64,000 bases of DNA. Origin: Lingula anatina. Taxonomy: Eukaryota > Animalia > Brachiopoda. Each line of letters begins with the position of its first letter. Positions within the stretch are counted from its first letter, which is position 1. A program made the position numbers and the translations under genes. Below are positions 62,003 to 64,000 of this stretch, piece after piece. Under the pieces are notes generated by a model. The model worked only from the letters and a program-made list of their open reading frames with translations. It was not told the DNA's origin and did no database searches. The stretch covers positions 31,639,967 to 31,703,966 of the forward strand of contig CM120640.1 in assembly GCA_051362555.1 (NCBI GenBank). Direction: 5' to 3'.

Positions 62003-63852
62003 AAATACCCTTGAAGTTCAGCACATGCCTTCAGAAGTTAAACACTTGAAACATAGCTTCAGTTTGGAGTGGAGTTTGCTTTATGCTAATGCTTGTTAGC
62101 TATGTACTGGGGGTTCATGATGTCAGAACACTTGATGGAACAAAAAAAAAGAAAGTGGAAACCAGACCCTTCTTCCCAGTGCATGAAGTACATATCATCA
62201 CCAGCATTGTTGCTGTAGCGGTGTATACAAGTCTGCTCAAAGGGGAAGATGGGACTGAACTTAAAAGTGTTAAACATAAAGCCTTTTCATATCACAAAAA
62301 TAACAGAGTTTCTGTGTAATACACCATCCCTTGGTTTGTATTTGGAACAGTGATTCCATTGCATTTAAGGTGAAGGAGATGTGGTTTGATTCTGTGGACA
62401 TTCTTTTGTACAGTAGGATACAGATTTAATGTGCTACCTTGATAATTATTTTGGTAATCATTTTTGCTCATTATTTTAAAAACCAGTGTTTTAGCATGTT
62501 AAGCATTTTAAAGTCTGTATATATTGGTTAATCACAACTGTAACTGTGTTTGTATATTTGGAATTAATGTTCAATTGCTTATTAATAAATGGAGCTCTTT
62601 GAAGTGCTTGGATGTTTTTCCCTCGTTCACTTTCTTGAGGTGTTGGCATATTTTGCAAGCATGCATTTTGAAAAATGGACATATGCTGTAATAATTTGCA
62701 TGATGAGATTATTTGCTTGATTATTTGTGAAAGAGAAACAAGAGCATTGGTTTTTCTGGAATTGGTCAGATTTATTCAAATGAGTCTGTAAATCTTGCAA
62801 CTCTGATTAAATTTTCATGCTTGAAATCTAGGAAGGCTCAATAAGCTAGCCACAAAATCTTGATCGTTTTATATCCTGAATACATTGACTCCTGAATACA
62901 ATATGACACTTTCTATGTGCAAAGAGTACCTTAACACTGTGCTGCAACTACTGAGCTACCTAAAAGCTTTCCATGCCAATTAAAAGACCAAACCATATTT
63001 TGAATACATTGTGTGGTGTATCTGGGACTTCATTCACAAAATTCAAAATTATTTCAAACCTCAAAAACAGTTGAAATAAACTGCTGGTAATAAAAGATTG
63101 GACTTTACAAGTCTACAATTTTAATTGTTAAAGCTTAGCAAAAACATAATTAAGAATACATGATTACTATTAAGTGTCATTATATTACCATATACTGCAC
63201 AGCTAGAGAGTGTACTAAGTACTGGGGGTGGGGGACAGATGAAACAGTTACAGTACAAGTGAATTATTTTATAAAAATTACAATAATTATGTTTAGTAAA
63301 ATGCATCACTCAAGTCAGTCTCGAATCGCTATTTTATAGTATTCATAAAATAAATACTTCTAAATAAAGTCAAAGTAAAAAAAAAATGGTATTCAGCTCA
63401 ATTTATGCAGAAAGCACCCCCCTCTTCCTCTCTTTTCAATGACTGGCATCCCAAATGCATGTTCTGATCAGAACATGTCTCACCATGACGATATCCCCAC
63501 CAATTGCTGGTGCAGGCACTCGTGAATTGATCACCCTACAATTAATGATATAATTTTCAAATTGAAACACAGTTGAGAATGTTTAATCTTCAGTGGAAGG
63601 GACAGAAGGGAGTATCTATAATCCTTCTACATTATAGGTAATCCACTTGAAAATGCTCAATGATAAATGGTTAAAATAGTTAAAAAATACTTGTAATTTC
63701 TCACATGCAGACTGTGATACAAATGGTCCTGCATCGTTCTAAATATATTCTCTTTGTTATAAAACAATAATGATAGTTTGGTCCGTTTTTTTCCTCACAG
63801 GAATGTACTGAAGTACAATTATTACATGATTGAATAACAATGCAACACTGGT

Positions 63853-63999
63853 TTAAAATTCGTGGTGAAAGAAAACATCAGCATTAGCTGCATAATTCAA
63901 ATGCAGGTGGAGCTTTGCTGCCTTGGCTGCAAGAAAAGCTGCACCCAGAGCTCCAGTTTCATGCAAGCGCAGCAATGTGAACTCTGAGATTTTCACATC
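63853..63999 (-). CDS. NAGK: N-acetyl-D-glucosamine kinase, C-terminal part of last coding exon (gene continues beyond the window)
   Basis: Translates as DVKISEFTLLRLHETGALGAAFLAAKAAKLHLHLNYAANADVFFHHEF*, matching the recalled NAGK C-terminus (FTLMKL...ALGGA.L.A.....L..DY.ANA..F). Absent from the ORF track. Confidence 0.85.
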   Translation of the reverse strand, partial: DVKISEFTLLRLHETGALGAAFLAAKAAKLHLHLNYAANADVFFHHEF

Positions 64000-64000
64000 A

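Noticed and set aside
62343-62358. IRE-like hairpin TGGAA-CAGTGA-TTCCA downstream of the FRMD stop
   Set aside because: The position of the essential bulged C is T and the lower stem is weak; such motifs arise by chance in 64 kb.
63397-63536. Possible extra minus-strand exon downstream of the NAGK stop
   Set aside because: Weak acceptor and no recognisable protein in either open frame; probably 3'UTR.

Overview
Eukaryotic, AT-rich, intron-rich animal genomic DNA. It looks like an invertebrate, plausibly a mollusc or other lophotrochozoan, but this cannot be proven from the sequence. The ORF track is mostly spurious, so genes were rebuilt by splicing exons by hand. Order: 3' end of an unidentified single-pass membrane gene (+); OSTF1 (-); an unusual 642-aa multidomain gene (-) made of an uncharacterised N-terminal domain, a MIDAS vWA domain, a lysine-rich linker and an ET/HRT-type GIY-YIG-like domain; a 7SL (SRP) RNA gene and a U5 snRNA gene (+); WDR41 (-) head-to-head with POLI (+); IDNK (-) head-to-head with FRMD3/5 (+); the 3' end of NAGK (-). 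Introns carry PIF/Harbinger-type hairpin MITEs, a decayed Tc1/mariner interrupted by a TTAA-targeting Kolobok-like element, and microsatellites. The strongest novelty candidate is the vWA/GIY-YIG chimeric gene, whose TATA promoter sits back-to-back with 7SL. Others are the IDNK-FRMD3/5 head-to-head pair recalled from human, candidate FERM microexons and an apparent 6-aa deletion in the pol iota thumb. All family assignments are from motif recognition; no searches were run.
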